From the human T2T-CHM13v2.0 reference genome, Homo sapiens: a stretch of DNA of 64,000 nucleotides. The DNA lies in the NCBI RefSeq assembly GCF_009914755.1, contig NC_060937.1; one strand, 5' to 3'. The notes under the pieces were generated by a model. The model did not search any database. It worked only from the letters and a program-made list of their open reading frames with translations, and was not told where the DNA came from. Of the stretch, positions 36,488-53,374 are shown piece by piece; positions within the stretch are counted from its first letter, which is position 1, and every line of letters starts with the position of its first letter. A program made the translations under genes and the position numbers.

Positions 36488-37158
36488 TGATCACACTGAT
36501 TCACAAGACTTTCCATTATGTTAGAAATTCTCCTGGACTTTATTACATAAATTATTTACACATCATGGAGAAATCTGATTTGATCCATTTAGGGGCTAAT
36601 TGTTCTCATCAATTTATGTAATCTGTGTTGAACCCTAAGCACCAAGCTAGTTCTTGCCCGGAATTCCCTCCGCTTTCCTCCTATCTACCGTTTTGCAGTT
36701 TGCAGAGACTTGCGCTTTCTTTAAGGGTTAATCCAAGTATCAAAGTCCACAGTGATCTCTCTCTTCCTGGTTCACCATGCATTTGGGACATGATAAAGTT
36801 TTGTATTTTGCATGTGTATATATTGTAACTTAAACTAGATGGGATTCTATTCAACTGAAGCAGCTTCGCTTTTGTCTGGACTCTCAGTGTTTTTACTCAT
36901 AGGAGTCCAGTACGTATCTGTTGGTTGTTTTAAAAATACTTTATCATAGGAAAATCTTCAATGACTCCTTTCTCCCTCATACATACACGCTGTGGGCAAT
37001 TTGCATCGGCATCTCTTCAATCATCCTTTGTGTGTGCTCTGTCTTCTGTTGCCACGTGCCATTAGGCCACCCTGCTCATTATGTCTGGGATTCCAAACCT
37101 CAACAATAATGTTGTGAACAGTGTTAAGGATCTCATTTCTGCCGGGCGCGGTGGCTCA

Positions 37159-37560
<402 letters not shown>

Positions 37561-37750
37561 TTATTTCATGCTACCTCAGATCTGCCTTCTCAAACACATT
37601 GCAGAGCGCGATGTCGGGATGGCCCCACTAAGATCAAACCCCATGGTCCTTGACAGCAGGTTTTTTGGCTTTTCAAAATTAAACCCAGGTTGGGCACGGT
37701 GGCTCACGCCTGTAATTCCAGCACTTTGGGAGGCCAAGGCGGGCGGATCA

Positions 37751-38290
<540 letters not shown>

Positions 38291-38346
38291 TAGCCAGGAT
38301 GGTCTCGATCTCATGACCTCGTGATCTGCCTGCCTTGGCCTCCTAA

Positions 38347-38825
<479 letters not shown>

Positions 38826-39096
38826 TAGTGTGCTACACGGCAGAAACTGCACCATGGGTGTAGAATAAAAACAAGTTTGATAACTGTGGTAACTGTGGTG
38901 GCACCTAAGACATCGAGGCCATCATGACAGAGAAATGACTAGTCCATGAAGACAGAGGAAAGGGATGTGTTTGAACTGAGATGGAATTGCTTGTGTGGAT
39001 TAGTGCTGGGTTTTCTTCAAGTTAACTTTCAACCTTCTATAAATACAAATCCTCGAAGACCAGTCCTAGACAGCAGAATTTCATCTGTTAAAATAA

Positions 39097-39491
<395 letters not shown>

Positions 39492-39692
39492 TAATACACT
39501 CTCACAGACACACATACACACACAGACTTTTTTCTCCTGATTTACAGTTAATTGCTCACATCATGGCCTTTACCTCCTTTGAATAATCAGGGTGTGTATC
39601 CTTAAAAAAAGGATATTCTCTTATATAACTAGTTATTTTTATTTTGTTTGTTTGTTTGGTGGTTTTTTGTTTGTTTTTTTTTTTTTTTTTGA

Positions 39693-39890
<198 letters not shown>

Positions 39891-40223
39891 TGACTCCTGA
39901 CCTCAAGTGATCCACTCACCTCAGACTCCCAAAGTGCCTAGATTACAGGCATGAGCCACCGTGCCCAGCCCTCTTACACACTAGTTATATTGTCAAGTTC
40001 AGTCATGTAGCATTGGTTTATTGTCTAATATACAGTTCATACTCAAATTTTGCTAATAACCCCAAAATATTTATTGTGCCCTTCATCTAAACCAAACCCA
40101 GGATTACCCATTTCTTTAAAAAGGAACAGTGCCTGACTGGGCATGGTGGCTTATACCTGTAATCCTAGCACTTTGGGGGCAGGTGGATCACTTGAGGTTA
40201 GGAGTTCAAGACCAGCCTGACTA

Positions 40224-40475
<252 letters not shown>

Positions 40476-40848
40476 TCAAAGAGTGGAAGCCACTCGTTTA
40501 TAGAATGTTCCTCAATTGGGGTTTGTCTTATCTCTCTTCATGATTAGATTCACGTTACGAATTTTTTGTAGAAATTTATGTACATAAATTCCTCATTATT
40601 TCTCAGTTCACATCAGGATATTGATTTTGCATCCTTCTCAGTTCACACTGGGAAACTCATAATGTGGCAAACTCATAATGTGACAATGACAAACTCATTT
40701 TGTCGTTTTTTTTTTAAACAAAAACTTTCATTAGAGAGATAGTATTTCACTCTGTTGCCTAGGCTAGAGCACAGTGGTGTGATCTAAGCTCACTGCAGCC
40801 TTGAACTTCTGGGCTTAAGTGAACCTCCTGCCTTAGCCTCCCAAGTAG

Positions 40849-41079
<231 letters not shown>

Positions 41080-41239
41080 TAGGCCAGGCTCTTCCATTGT
41101 TATCATTGGTTTCCATTGAAATTAATACCTCATCTGTGGGGGAAATACCTTAAGACTATGTAAATGTAGCCTGTTCCTCTTCTGAATTTCATCCAGTCAT
41201 TTTAGTATCCATTGATTCTTGCTTGAATTAATTAATTAA

Positions 41240-41437
<198 letters not shown>

Positions 41438-42250
41438 TGATTAGCTGGGATTACAGGCACATGCCACCACGACCAGCTAGTTTTTGTATTTTTAGTAGAG
41501 ACAGGGTTTTACCATGTTGGCCAGGATGGTCTCGATCTCCTGACCTCGTGATCCGCCTGCCTTGGCCTCCCAAAGTGCTGGGATTACAGGCGTGAGTCAT
41601 TTTTCTAACTCTACTATTTCTTCTTCTATTGTTAGTTGACATTCTATCACATTTTTATTTTTTAATTTATTTACTTTGAAACAGGGTCTTGTTCTGTCAC
41701 CCAGGCTGGAGTGCAGTGGTGCGATCATCATAGCTCACTGAAGTGTTGACCTCCCAAACTCAAGCGATCCTCCCAACCTTCACCTCCTGAGTAGCTGGGA
41801 CTATAGGCAAATGCCACCAGCCCAACTAATTTATTTATTTATTTTTATTTTGGAGAGATGGGGTCTCACTATATTGCCCAGGCTGGTCTTGAACTTTTGA
41901 GCTCAAGCCACCCTCCCGCCTGGGCCTCCCAAAATGCTGGGATCACAGGCATGAGCCATTGTGCATAACCTCAAACTTTTATTTTTAATTTTACCTCTTA
42001 TGTCTATTACGAATAAGATGGGGTTCACCAAGTATTGCTTGTCTATTTTGTGTGGGACCCTAGGAAGCATCAGGAGGAACACAAAGATAAGATCATTTGT
42101 TCCCTACAGGGCCACTCGATTTGTTGGGGGCAACAGGCATAAGGCAGATGGTGAGAAGTGCTTTACTGGGGATACAAAGGGAAAGAGAAGAAACCAACAG
42201 AGAGGGTAATTCTTTCTGGGAGAGCTGGTGTGACCCTGGGAGAAAGGTAG

Positions 42251-42884
<634 letters not shown>

Positions 42885-43069
42885 ATGATGTATGTATTCA
42901 AAGAAAGGCATTAGAGTTGGAGGGAACCGAAGGGGCTTTTGGGAAATTACAAATAATCCAAACGGTTAGAGCCTAAGGTTCATGGGAGAAGAGCAGGGGA
43001 GGGATAGTGAGATACGAAGTTGGGAAGATAGGCTGGGGTCAGCACAAGGTCCCAGGCTGAGGAGTTTGA

Positions 43070-43505
<436 letters not shown>

Positions 43506-45116
43506 CATCTTTTTATTTCTAAGACCTGCAACAGTGCTCTGCATAGAGCACTGTTGAACAGAGTGTTCAAAAAATGTTTGCAGGCACCAATGCTCCGAAT
43601 AATTTAGAATAAAGACTGGTGTATATGTATGTTTTATGTGTGAGTTGTGGTCACGACAGTGGGGAGCTGGGGGGTGGGAACGGGTCCTTAGAAATTCAGC
43701 CGTCTACTGAATATTTAATAGAAAATGTTTTATTTTTGAGACAGGGTCTTGCTCTGTTGCCCAGGCTGGAATGCAGTGGCACAATCATGGCTCACTGTAA
43801 CCTCAAACTCTTGAGTTCAAGCAATCTTCTTGCCTCAGCTTCCCAAGTAGCTGGGACTACAGGCGTGTGCCACCACACCTGGCTAGTTTCTTCTTTTTAC
43901 TCGTTGCAGAGACTGGGGTCTTGCTATGTTGCATAGGCTGGTCTTGAACTCCTGGCTTTAAGCAATCCTCCCACTTCAGCCTTTCAAAGCATTGGGATAA
44001 TAGGTGTGAGCCATCTTGCTGCGCCTCTAGAATATGTTTTAAATATCAAGTTTGTAGACTACCATCCCCACCCTCCTTCCACTTTAATTTCTGAAATCTC
44101 AGTAACCAAATTTGGGAATAACTTTTGAACAACTTTATGTTCCGGAAAAGAGAACAAGGCTCTTAGAGAAACAATAGTATGAGCTGGGCATGGTGGCTCA
44201 AGCCTGTAATCTCAGAACTTTGAGAGGCTGAGGCAGGAGGATTGCTTGAGCTCAGGAGTTCGAGACAATCCTGGGCCACACAGAGAAACCCCGTTTCCAC
44301 AAAAAATAAAAAAATTTAGCTTGACGTGGTGGGGCCTGTGGTCCCACCTACTGGAGAAACTGAGGTGGGAGGATCACTTGAACCCAGGAGGCTGGAGCTG
44401 CAGTGAGCCATGTTTGTGTCACTGCACTGCAGCCTGAGCAACACAGCAAGACCCTGTCTCAAAAAAAAAAAAAAAAAAAGCGAGAGAGAAAGAGAGAAAG
44501 ATAACATCCCATTTGAAACTATTTCATGCCAAATCTTCTATGTGAGTATTTTAGAATTTAAAAACCCAAACACAAACACCTCTTTAAAGATGCATATAAA
44601 CTTTACCTGGTTTTAAGAGTCTATGCATTTTGTCAAATCAGTGTAAGCAGCCTATTTTATTTAATATGAGAAAACAGAGCAACAAAGTAAAATGAGATAC
44701 CCAAAATAACAGAGTAAAAATAAGTGTAGAGGAAGTCTTGCTGATCACTTAGGAAATGAATTAAAGCATATTTATATTTCAGACATTCCCTATATTATCC
44801 CTTTTGAACTTCAAACTCCCCTTTGTAATCTCTCTTCAGCTTCTTCATTCTGCAGTGAAATTCCTGAAAATCTAGCAGCTTGGTTAAGAAAGTTTACATG
44901 TTTTCCCAGTACAGAGTATTGGCAAGTTGTAGGTACACTTTACTGGCTTCAAATGGAAAATCATTTGATCATCAACTACTTCAGTTCCAATTAACCCTTA
45001 GCTGTAGAAAGGTAATATTTATTTATGTTTTCATTTAAAATATTTATTCTGATTACAAATGGAATACATAGCAATTGTAGAAAATCTAGAAAATACTGAA
45101 AAGTATCCAGAAGTGA

Positions 45117-45254
<138 letters not shown>

Positions 45255-46043
45255 TGAGTAGCTGGGATTACAGGCGCACGTCACCATGCCCGGCTAATTT
45301 TTTTACTTTTAGTAGGGACAGGGTTTCCCCATGTTGGCCAGGCTGGTCTCGAACTCTTGACCTCAGGTGATCTACCCGTGTTGGCCTCCCAAAGTGTTGG
45401 GATTACAGGCGTGAGCCACCGCGCCCAGCAGTAACCTATAATATAACCATCTAACGAGGGCCACCAAAATACATCCATGTTTGGTATTTTCTTTTCATCT
45501 TTGTGGGTACATATTTATAAAACCCCTTTCTTTGACTATACATAGCATGAATGTTTTCCCATGTCACTAAATGTTCCTTAATAATAAGAATTTTTCCCCT
45601 TTTTTTCCAACTACTCAACTTTTTGGTGGCATAACAGTAGCCATGGTATGGATGTATTGCTTAACTACTCCCCTAATGTTGGACACCTAACCTAGGTTAT
45701 TTCCAATTTTATTTTAATTTAAATTAATTATTATTATTTGAGACAGGGTCTTGCTCTGTCACCCAGGCTGGAGTGCAGTGGTGTGATCATAGCTCACAGT
45801 AACCTTGAACTCCTGGGCTCAAGTAATCCTCCTGCCTCAGCCTTCCAAGTAGCTGGGACTACCGGCATACATCACCATGCCTGGTTAATATTAAACATTT
45901 TTGTAGAGATAGGGTCTCACTATGTTGCTCAAGCTGGTCTCCAGCTCCTGGCCTCAAGCAATCCTCCCATCTTAGCCTCCCAAAGGGCTGGGATTATAGG
46001 TGTGAGCCACCATGCCTGGCCCAATTTTATATATAAAGATATA

Positions 46044-46074
<31 letters not shown>

Positions 46075-46489
46075 GTGTATATATATGTGTGTGTGTGTAT
46101 ATATATACACATACACCTTTCCTAGAAGAGGAATTATCTATCATTTTCAAAGTTATTTACATTTTAGCCTTTTTCATACTTATTGTCAAATTGTCCTTCC
46201 CCAAAGTTTTAAAGTTTACACAACCATCAACAGTGTATGGAAGTTAAGGCATGAAGAACTCACATTGCTTTTAGCACTACTTTTACACACTTCATCTATA
46301 AATCAACATCTAAAAGAGTATTTCCGTGTGACCCATGCACAGTTCATTTGAGCATTCACAGGGTGTTCCCCACAGCCTGGTACATTACAGCTTTTGTCAT
46401 AACATGAACAGCAATCGGCTCAAAACACTGCCCATTGTGATGCTGATGATGAGACCTCCCTAATGTTCTAAAAGATTGTTTGGTGTAAC

Positions 46490-46673
46490 CACTTTAGCTC
46501 AGACCTTTCTTTTAACCTTGCCTATCATGTTTCGAGTCAGAATTTAAATACTGTGCAGTTTAAGCTACAATACGCTTGGCCTATAACTTGGTTCCAGGCA
46601 TTTATATTTATGTCACTTTTGTCTACTTATTATACTAACAAGGTGGAAAAAGCAATCCCAGTCTCTCCAAAAG
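46490..46673 (+). other. KLF5: Probable alternative non-coding first exon of KLF5 (Met92-initiated short isoform)
   Basis: Donor-like AAG|GTAAAA at 46673/46674 in unique sequence ~4 kb upstream of exon 1. Agrees with my recollection of a KLF5 variant with an upstream first exon; the 5' boundary is not determinable from sequence. Confidence 0.55.
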
Positions 46674-49600
46674 GTAAAACTCTCCTGTTTTTTTGGATAT
46701 TATTAGAGTTTTAAAATTAGGCTAGATAAATTATAGTACCCTTAGGAATAAGTGCATAAAGGGAGTTTTATGAAATATTTTAAGAAGAACACATTTAAAA
46801 ATCCAAACTGAAATATAAAATGTAATTTCTTAAGAACTGGAGGCAAGAGACATTACAAAAATAAAATATTAAATTGTTGTCTTAAGACATAATTTTAATT
46901 AATATAAATAGAAGTATTTAGTCTTATTTAAACTGCATATTTTTTCATCACAAAAGCAATGAACAGAGCATCTTCTCTCTTGTCTCGTAATCTTTTGAGT
47001 CAAAATGCTTTAAATTCCAACTAATCTCAGTTGAAGCTTCTATTTATCAGGCTATTTCCTTAATGACTTTTTTTCTGATGTGTGGCTTTAGGTGGTTGCC
47101 ATTAATGAAAAAATACAAAGACTACAGATGTGAAATGTTGGAGAGGACAATAATTACAATAGTTATAAGTTTTCACTGATACAGATTCTAACAGGGGTGT
47201 GCAATCAATGACTACCAAAAAGTCACTTTAATTAAATAATCTTACCCTAGAGAAGAGTGTGCTCCCGTATAAAGCTTTATTTTTCATTTTTATTCTTGTT
47301 CTTTTTTCTGTGGCCCAAGATCACTTGGCAATTTGATACTGATTTGGCAGAAATAAATATTCTATGAATATTTTTCTACTCAAAGTGAATACAGTTTTGT
47401 TGGCTGTGATACTCTATACCTCTTAATTTCAAGCTCTGACGTTTTTGCCAAACAACTGAATTTAGATTTGCCAAACAACTGAATTTAGATATTCCTTTTG
47501 CCGTGTCGTTGTGTGAACATTGCCCTAGTGATAGCTTCATATTTCCCTCATCTCATCATTCAGAAGCTATTTATCTATTTTTTTCCACTGCCTCCTTCAA
47601 ACCCCCTCCCCCAACATTGAATGCCTGTTCAGCCCCCGCATATTCATCCGTATTTATTCCCGTAAAGATAGTGACACTTATGGTTTATTCTAAGACTAAA
47701 TCTGTGTTGCCCAGTGACTAAGGACTTAAGCATGCACACTGCTTCTATGCTTACCCTCCTACCTAACTTGACTACTCAACATTTTTATTTCATTCCCTCA
47801 GAATCCCCTGTTTTGGCACAGTTCAGTTAACACACCACTGCCAGGCCACTAATTGATTTCTGAAACCTGACATTTGTTTTTTGTTTTCTCCTATCTTCCC
47901 TAATGGTACAGCACTACTAAGCGGGAAGGAATGCAAAGAACTAGAAAGTTCAAAGTAATTGAGGATCTGTCCATTCACACTGTCTGGCTTCAAGCCAATG
48001 TAGAACCTGGAACATTTGAAAAATATTTATCAAGTTTTAACCCTTTTTACTAAGTCGGTGAAACAGGTTTGCAGCTGTAGCATTTATGTTAAAAGCAACA
48101 GCAAGGAAACTTGGTCGAACATGTTCTTTATATGTTCAGAATCACATGGCAAATGTCTCCGAAAAGGATTACTTTCCAATTTCCGTACTATTGTACAGTG
48201 CTAAGCTAGTTATTTTCTGTGAGACTGCAGAGCAGGGCATTTCAGAGAAACTATTACTTAAAAGTGGCAGCCCTATTTCATGAATCTTTATGCCCAAAAT
48301 GGAATTTTAAAACCTGCTACTGTATTGGAGCAAAAAGGAATATATTCAGTTACTATAAGAACCCCAACGCTAGCTTCATATCTATATTATGAAAAGTGGA
48401 AATATGAAAAATTAACAAGACTAAAAATATTAAAAACTTAGTTGTATGGTTTTTTTTTTGCAATGAAAAAGCTTTTGTAAATGAAAGCATGTTAAAAAGT
48501 GGTGTGAAATTATAGAAGCATTTCCAGTAAAATACATGGATTTTATTGCAGTGAAAACTTAGGTTGAAAGACCGGGCCACTGAAGCTCTCGTAAAAAGAC
48601 AAAAGGAAAGGTCTAGATAGGTTTAAAAGCACATTAAGATACAGCTACCGAATGTATTAAATCTAAGTTAGATTTAGCTTAAAGTTACAAGAGCACAAAA
48701 GTTCTATTAAGAATTATCTACATCACATTTAGGTTTGATGTTATCAGAATTAAGTAACTAAAAATCTTTCAAAGCTCAATTTTTTAAAAGAGTTACATTA
48801 AATCCCATCCTAATTCTATAATCTGTTTCTAAGCTAATTAATTACATGATAGGTTTTACATTAGAGAAAAGCAGGACAGCTTTTTAAAGATGAAGATGGA
48901 CAGCATGGGGCTGCTTGGTTAGAGAAAAACTTGCAAAAGCACTTATTAAATAATACTTTGATAACATGAAAGTAGTCATCAGCCATTCTCTGAAGGCAGT
49001 GATCACAGCTATAAAAATGAATCATGTGTCAACAGGAAGAGAAGGAAAAGGAGAAAAACCCAGTTTACAGCATAATTTTATATTTTCTAATAATAAATAC
49101 ATTTCTTTATGTGCATATTAATTTTCTACCCATTGAAAATGAGATCCATACCTTTGATAGATACACTCTTTGAAGTGAACGTTTTTATCCAAGACTTTTT
49201 TTTAAAGCTGTTTTACTCTGAAGTGATGAATAGGCTGTGGTATATGTAAAACTGTCTAATGGTATATTGTGTGTCAACATATGTACATTTGTAGTAATAT
49301 CACAGGCATTTTTATTGCAGTTTATTGTTCCGTCCTCCCAATAAGCCAGATAAAATCATGTACAAGAACATTAAGGATTAAGGGAAGTGGTTTCCTTAGG
49401 TGATTGCTGGCAAAAATTCACCCTCCCATTATAACAACATAGTAAATGGATGGTAATATATTTGGCTATTACTTTCCAACAAATTTGGATTCCCAGTTTT
49501 CAGAGCTGCTCTGTGTCTATGTTTGCGGCTTTTTGATTGTCTCTTCGTAGGAAAAGGTGCCACAATGTGAGGTAAATGTGCTAGGTTTCTGCTTTGTAAA

Positions 49601-50189
49601 TATTAAAGTCCATTTTTTGAACATACAGTGCTAGCAAAAATAAGTCAAAGATGTAATGTCTATTTAAATACACGTTTGAGCTAGTCGTGCTTAAATTAGA
49701 TTCCATGCTTCGGCTAGAATCAACACGGCTTAAATATTAGAAACTTCAAAATTCATATGGCCCAAGCCCTCCTCCCCACACACGGATGGGAAGTAGAAAT
49801 GTGTGGGAAAACGTCTAGCAATTAAAATCCTGAAGGAGTGGGAAAAACCCAGGCTTTTATGCAAGGATCTGAAAAAACGCTTGCCATCAAATCTTTTATT
49901 CAGGCATTCTGAATTTGCCTTGTTAAACGGATACACTCACTGCTAAAGATACACAGGGACAAGAGCTGTTTTAAATTTGTTTATCACACCGCCCCTAGTT
50001 TTCTGCTAAAGAGAAGTACATTTTGGATATTTAAAAGTACACACTCATTAGACAAATCTCTAAAAGCCTCAGCGCCCCTACCTAGCTGCCTTCTGGGTTT
50101 CAGCTTTTGAGTTTCAGGTCCTTGCACAACACCTAAGACGTGCAATACTCTTTTTCTTCCTAATCCTGGCAGAGAACAGTGCGAAGAGA

Positions 50190-51400
50190 TCTCCCTCCGC
50201 GTCTCCACCTAATTCCCCCTCTTCCCAGATTCCACCCGCTCCGCTACTTCCCTCCGCCCCCGGCTCCGCCAGCCCAATCTGTCAGAGAAGTTGTGTACAA
50301 ACTGCGCGGCCGCCCTGCGCGCGAAGCTCGTGGCCCGAGAGGGGTGCGGTCGGGCCGACGGAGGCGGGGCCCTGGCTGCCTCTCTCCCTGCTCATAGGCT
50401 GGCCGCTCAGGCCTGGCCGGCCTCGGGGCCTCGGGATTCGCGGCGGCGCTGCCAATCAGGCGATCGGGCCCCGCCCCCCCGGAGTTGGGTGAAATAGAGG
50501 CGGGCGTCAAGTGTCAGTAGTCGCGGGGCAGGTACGTGCGCTCGCGGTTCTCTCGCGGAGGTCGGCGGTGGCGGGAGCGGGCTCCGGAGAGCCTGAGAGC
50601 ACGGTGGGGCGGGGCGGGAGAAAGTGGCCGCCCGGAGGACGTTGGCGTTTACGTGTGGAAGAGCGGAAGAGTTTTGCTTTTCGTGCGCGCCTTCGAAAAC
50701 TGCCTGCCGCTGTCTGAGGAGTCCACCCGAAACCTCCCCTCCTCCGCCGGCAGCCCCGCGCTGAGCTCGCCGACCCAAGCCAGCGTGGGCGAGGTGGGAA
50801 GTGCGCCCGACCCGCGCCTGGAGCTGCGCCCCCGAGTGCCCATGGCTACAAGGGTGCTGAGCATGAGCGCCCGCCTGGGACCCGTGCCCCAGCCGCCGGC
50901 GCCGCAGGACGAGCCGGTGTTCGCGCAGCTCAAGCCGGTGCTGGGCGCCGCGAATCCGGCCCGCGACGCGGCGCTCTTCCCCGGCGAGGAGCTGAAGCAC
51001 GCGCACCACCGCCCGCAGGCGCAGCCCGCGCCCGCGCAGGCCCCGCAGCCGGCCCAGCCGCCCGCCACCGGCCCGCGGCTGCCTCCAGAGGACCTGGTCC
51101 AGGTAGGAAGAGCCGCTCCCCTCCCACCGCAGCACTCCCGGGCTCGGGCGTGTCCCGTTGCTGCGACTCGCGGGCGACAGGGGCCGCTCCAGGCTGGGGC
51201 GTGCGTCGGGGCGCACCGGAGCCGGTGCTGGGTGGGCAGCCCCGCCCTGCACGCCTGGCCGGGGCCCCGCGTTTCGCTGAGAGTAAATGGGGGGGGGGCC
51301 GGGGGTGGGAAGGATGGAGGGGAATCTGCCCCGGCGGGTCGGCCTGGGAGAGGTAAGAGGGAAGGAACTGGGTGCTCACGCGCACCTTAGTTGTTTTTCT
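50190..51400. promoter_or_regulatory. KLF5: KLF5 CpG island / TATA-less promoter
   Basis: Very high GC and CpG density; CCAAT at 50274-50278 and 50452-50456; GC boxes (ctccgcccc ~50252, gaggcggggc 50361, ccccgccccc ~50469, ggggcggggcggg ~50606). Elevated CpG persists to ~52200. Confidence 0.92.
50842..51102 (+). CDS. KLF5: KLF5 exon 1 CDS (87 codons, MATRVLSMSARLGPVPQPPAPQDEPVFAQLKPVLG...PPEDLVQ)
   Basis: Recognised KLF5 N-terminus; donor CAG|GTAGGA at 51102/51103, phase 0. Confidence 0.97.
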
Positions 51401-53374
51401 TACACTTGAGGGACGAAACCTTGTACCTTACGCTCAGTTTTACTTAAATTACGCCTTCGCCTGTACCGCTCTCCAATGCCAAGGCATTGGAGCCCTCCCC
51501 CCCATCCCCATCGTCTCGGGTTAAGTAGAAACGCAAATTGGGGTGCTGGGGAGAGGTTCCCCAAGGTTTCATACCCGGTGGCTCAACCTGCTTTAGAAGC
51601 GATTGCGGGCCGCGTTTGGAAAATGAGAGTTAGGAAAGCTAAGGTTGTGTCGGAGCGCTTATTTTTCCTTAAAAAAAAAAAAAAAAAAAAAAAGACCGGG
51701 GGTGTTGTTTTCTTCGTGTGCACGTAAATTTCCTCCCGGAGCCGCGTTGAAAGCTGGCAGTTGGCTTTTACACTTGCCCAGCAGCCGAATTAGAGCAACC
51801 GCCTGTTTCTTTCGCCCACGCAGGGAGTCATATAGCCCAGAAAAAACTTCCCGGGACTTTTAGCCTGTCCCAAGGAAAAAAAAATTGGAAACATACCCAC
51901 ATGCAAACAGCTGGAAGAGCTAAAATCAGAAACCACTAACCGCCGCGGGAGCGCAGTGCACGAAAGGGTTTAGTTCAGTTTATTTCAAGACACTTCATTT
52001 AGTAGCTCTTTGGCGTGTCGTATATTTGCTACCCAGCGCCTACTCCGTGGGGTCTGCCAGGGTCTTGCTGTGAGAGGGCAGTGGCGTTTGTCAGAGATGT
52101 GACTCACATGATGAGAGCGTTAATTTTTATTTTTAAATCATGTCTATCCGGGAAACCCCGTCCGCATCCACACCAAGGTCCGAGATGAAACGCATTTGAA
52201 ATGAAGTAGTAGCAGAAAATGACTGTCTTATTTATCTGTTAAGGTGCCACAGCTAATATATGCGCCATTCCATCTAGTTGGTTTTCTTATCTTTCGAAAT
52301 TTCCTTTTCAGTGTTAAAAAATGTAGGCTTAAGTTATACTAGGAGAGAAGATAGCTGGAAAAGGCTTGAGGCGACTTGTTACAAGCTGGTTTATAGCCTA
52401 GAAAAGAGATCACCGTTTGAAAAGTATTTGGTTATTTCAGTTTGTCAATTTTCTGCTCTGGAGGCACTAAGAAGATAAGGGATGACTGAGCTTTTTACAG
52501 AGTAGGGGGGAATGTAGCATTGGCCCACTGAGAAGGACATGATAAATGTTTTGCTGATGACTGTGCTAGGGATACAGCAGCCTCCCCACCCACGGGCTCC
52601 TTAGCAGCACTCTACCAAGGGAGTGATTTTCCCCTAGGTAATTAAAGATCTGTTTTAGATAGGGATATGAATAGGAACATTTCATTATCATATTAACCAA
52701 TTACAGGATCTGCTGATGAAAATCAACATTTAGATCAAATATTGAATGTGAAATTGTTTTGTTTCAGTGGATACAAGGTTTTGCTTAGAACGTTGTGTTT
52801 AATTTCTCATTGAACTGTAAACAAGAAAAGACACTGAAATAGCCAAATAATATTTTTATATTACTTTTGAAGTATCTAGTCAAGAAAAGAAACCTGTGCA
52901 ATATTTTAAAGGTTTGCATCGTTTTTTCTATTAAAAAAAACCACGCTTTTTAATGTTTGTGACTTAAACAGAATTGAGGTAGTTTGGCAACATTTCAATA
53001 CTGTACTCTAATTGCAAACTTAACTGTGTAATGGGGCAGGGAATCCTGCTTGTACAGGGGTGATGGTACCTTGTTATTGCATCAGAATGGAATGTTTTAA
53101 GTTTGCTTTCTTTTTTATTCTTGATTTGCGTCTTTCACTTTTGGGGGTGATTGGGGGAGCAGTTTTACCAGTTACACAGAGTTTCATAAGGTTTTGGTCA
53201 ACCAGTTATTACACAATCGACAAAATAAGCCTGATATGTTTATAAGCAACACTGAGGAGTTTGCCCTAGTACCTTACACAGGGATTGGGGGAATTTTTAG
53301 TAGGCGCCGATTGTTCGTTCTTCCCGAGATGGTGAATCAGGTGGATTATGCATTTTATATCTCTTCTTTTTTAG

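Noticed and set aside
40600-40700. Short local duplications (ttctcagttcaca x2; aaactcataatgtg x2)
   Set aside because: Ordinary slippage in a decayed L1M; no sign of function.
50244-51385. Long antisense ORFs (281, 151 and 139 aa) over KLF5 exon 1
   Set aside because: Expected from stop-codon scarcity in a CpG island; low-complexity R/G/A/P products with no recognisable domain.
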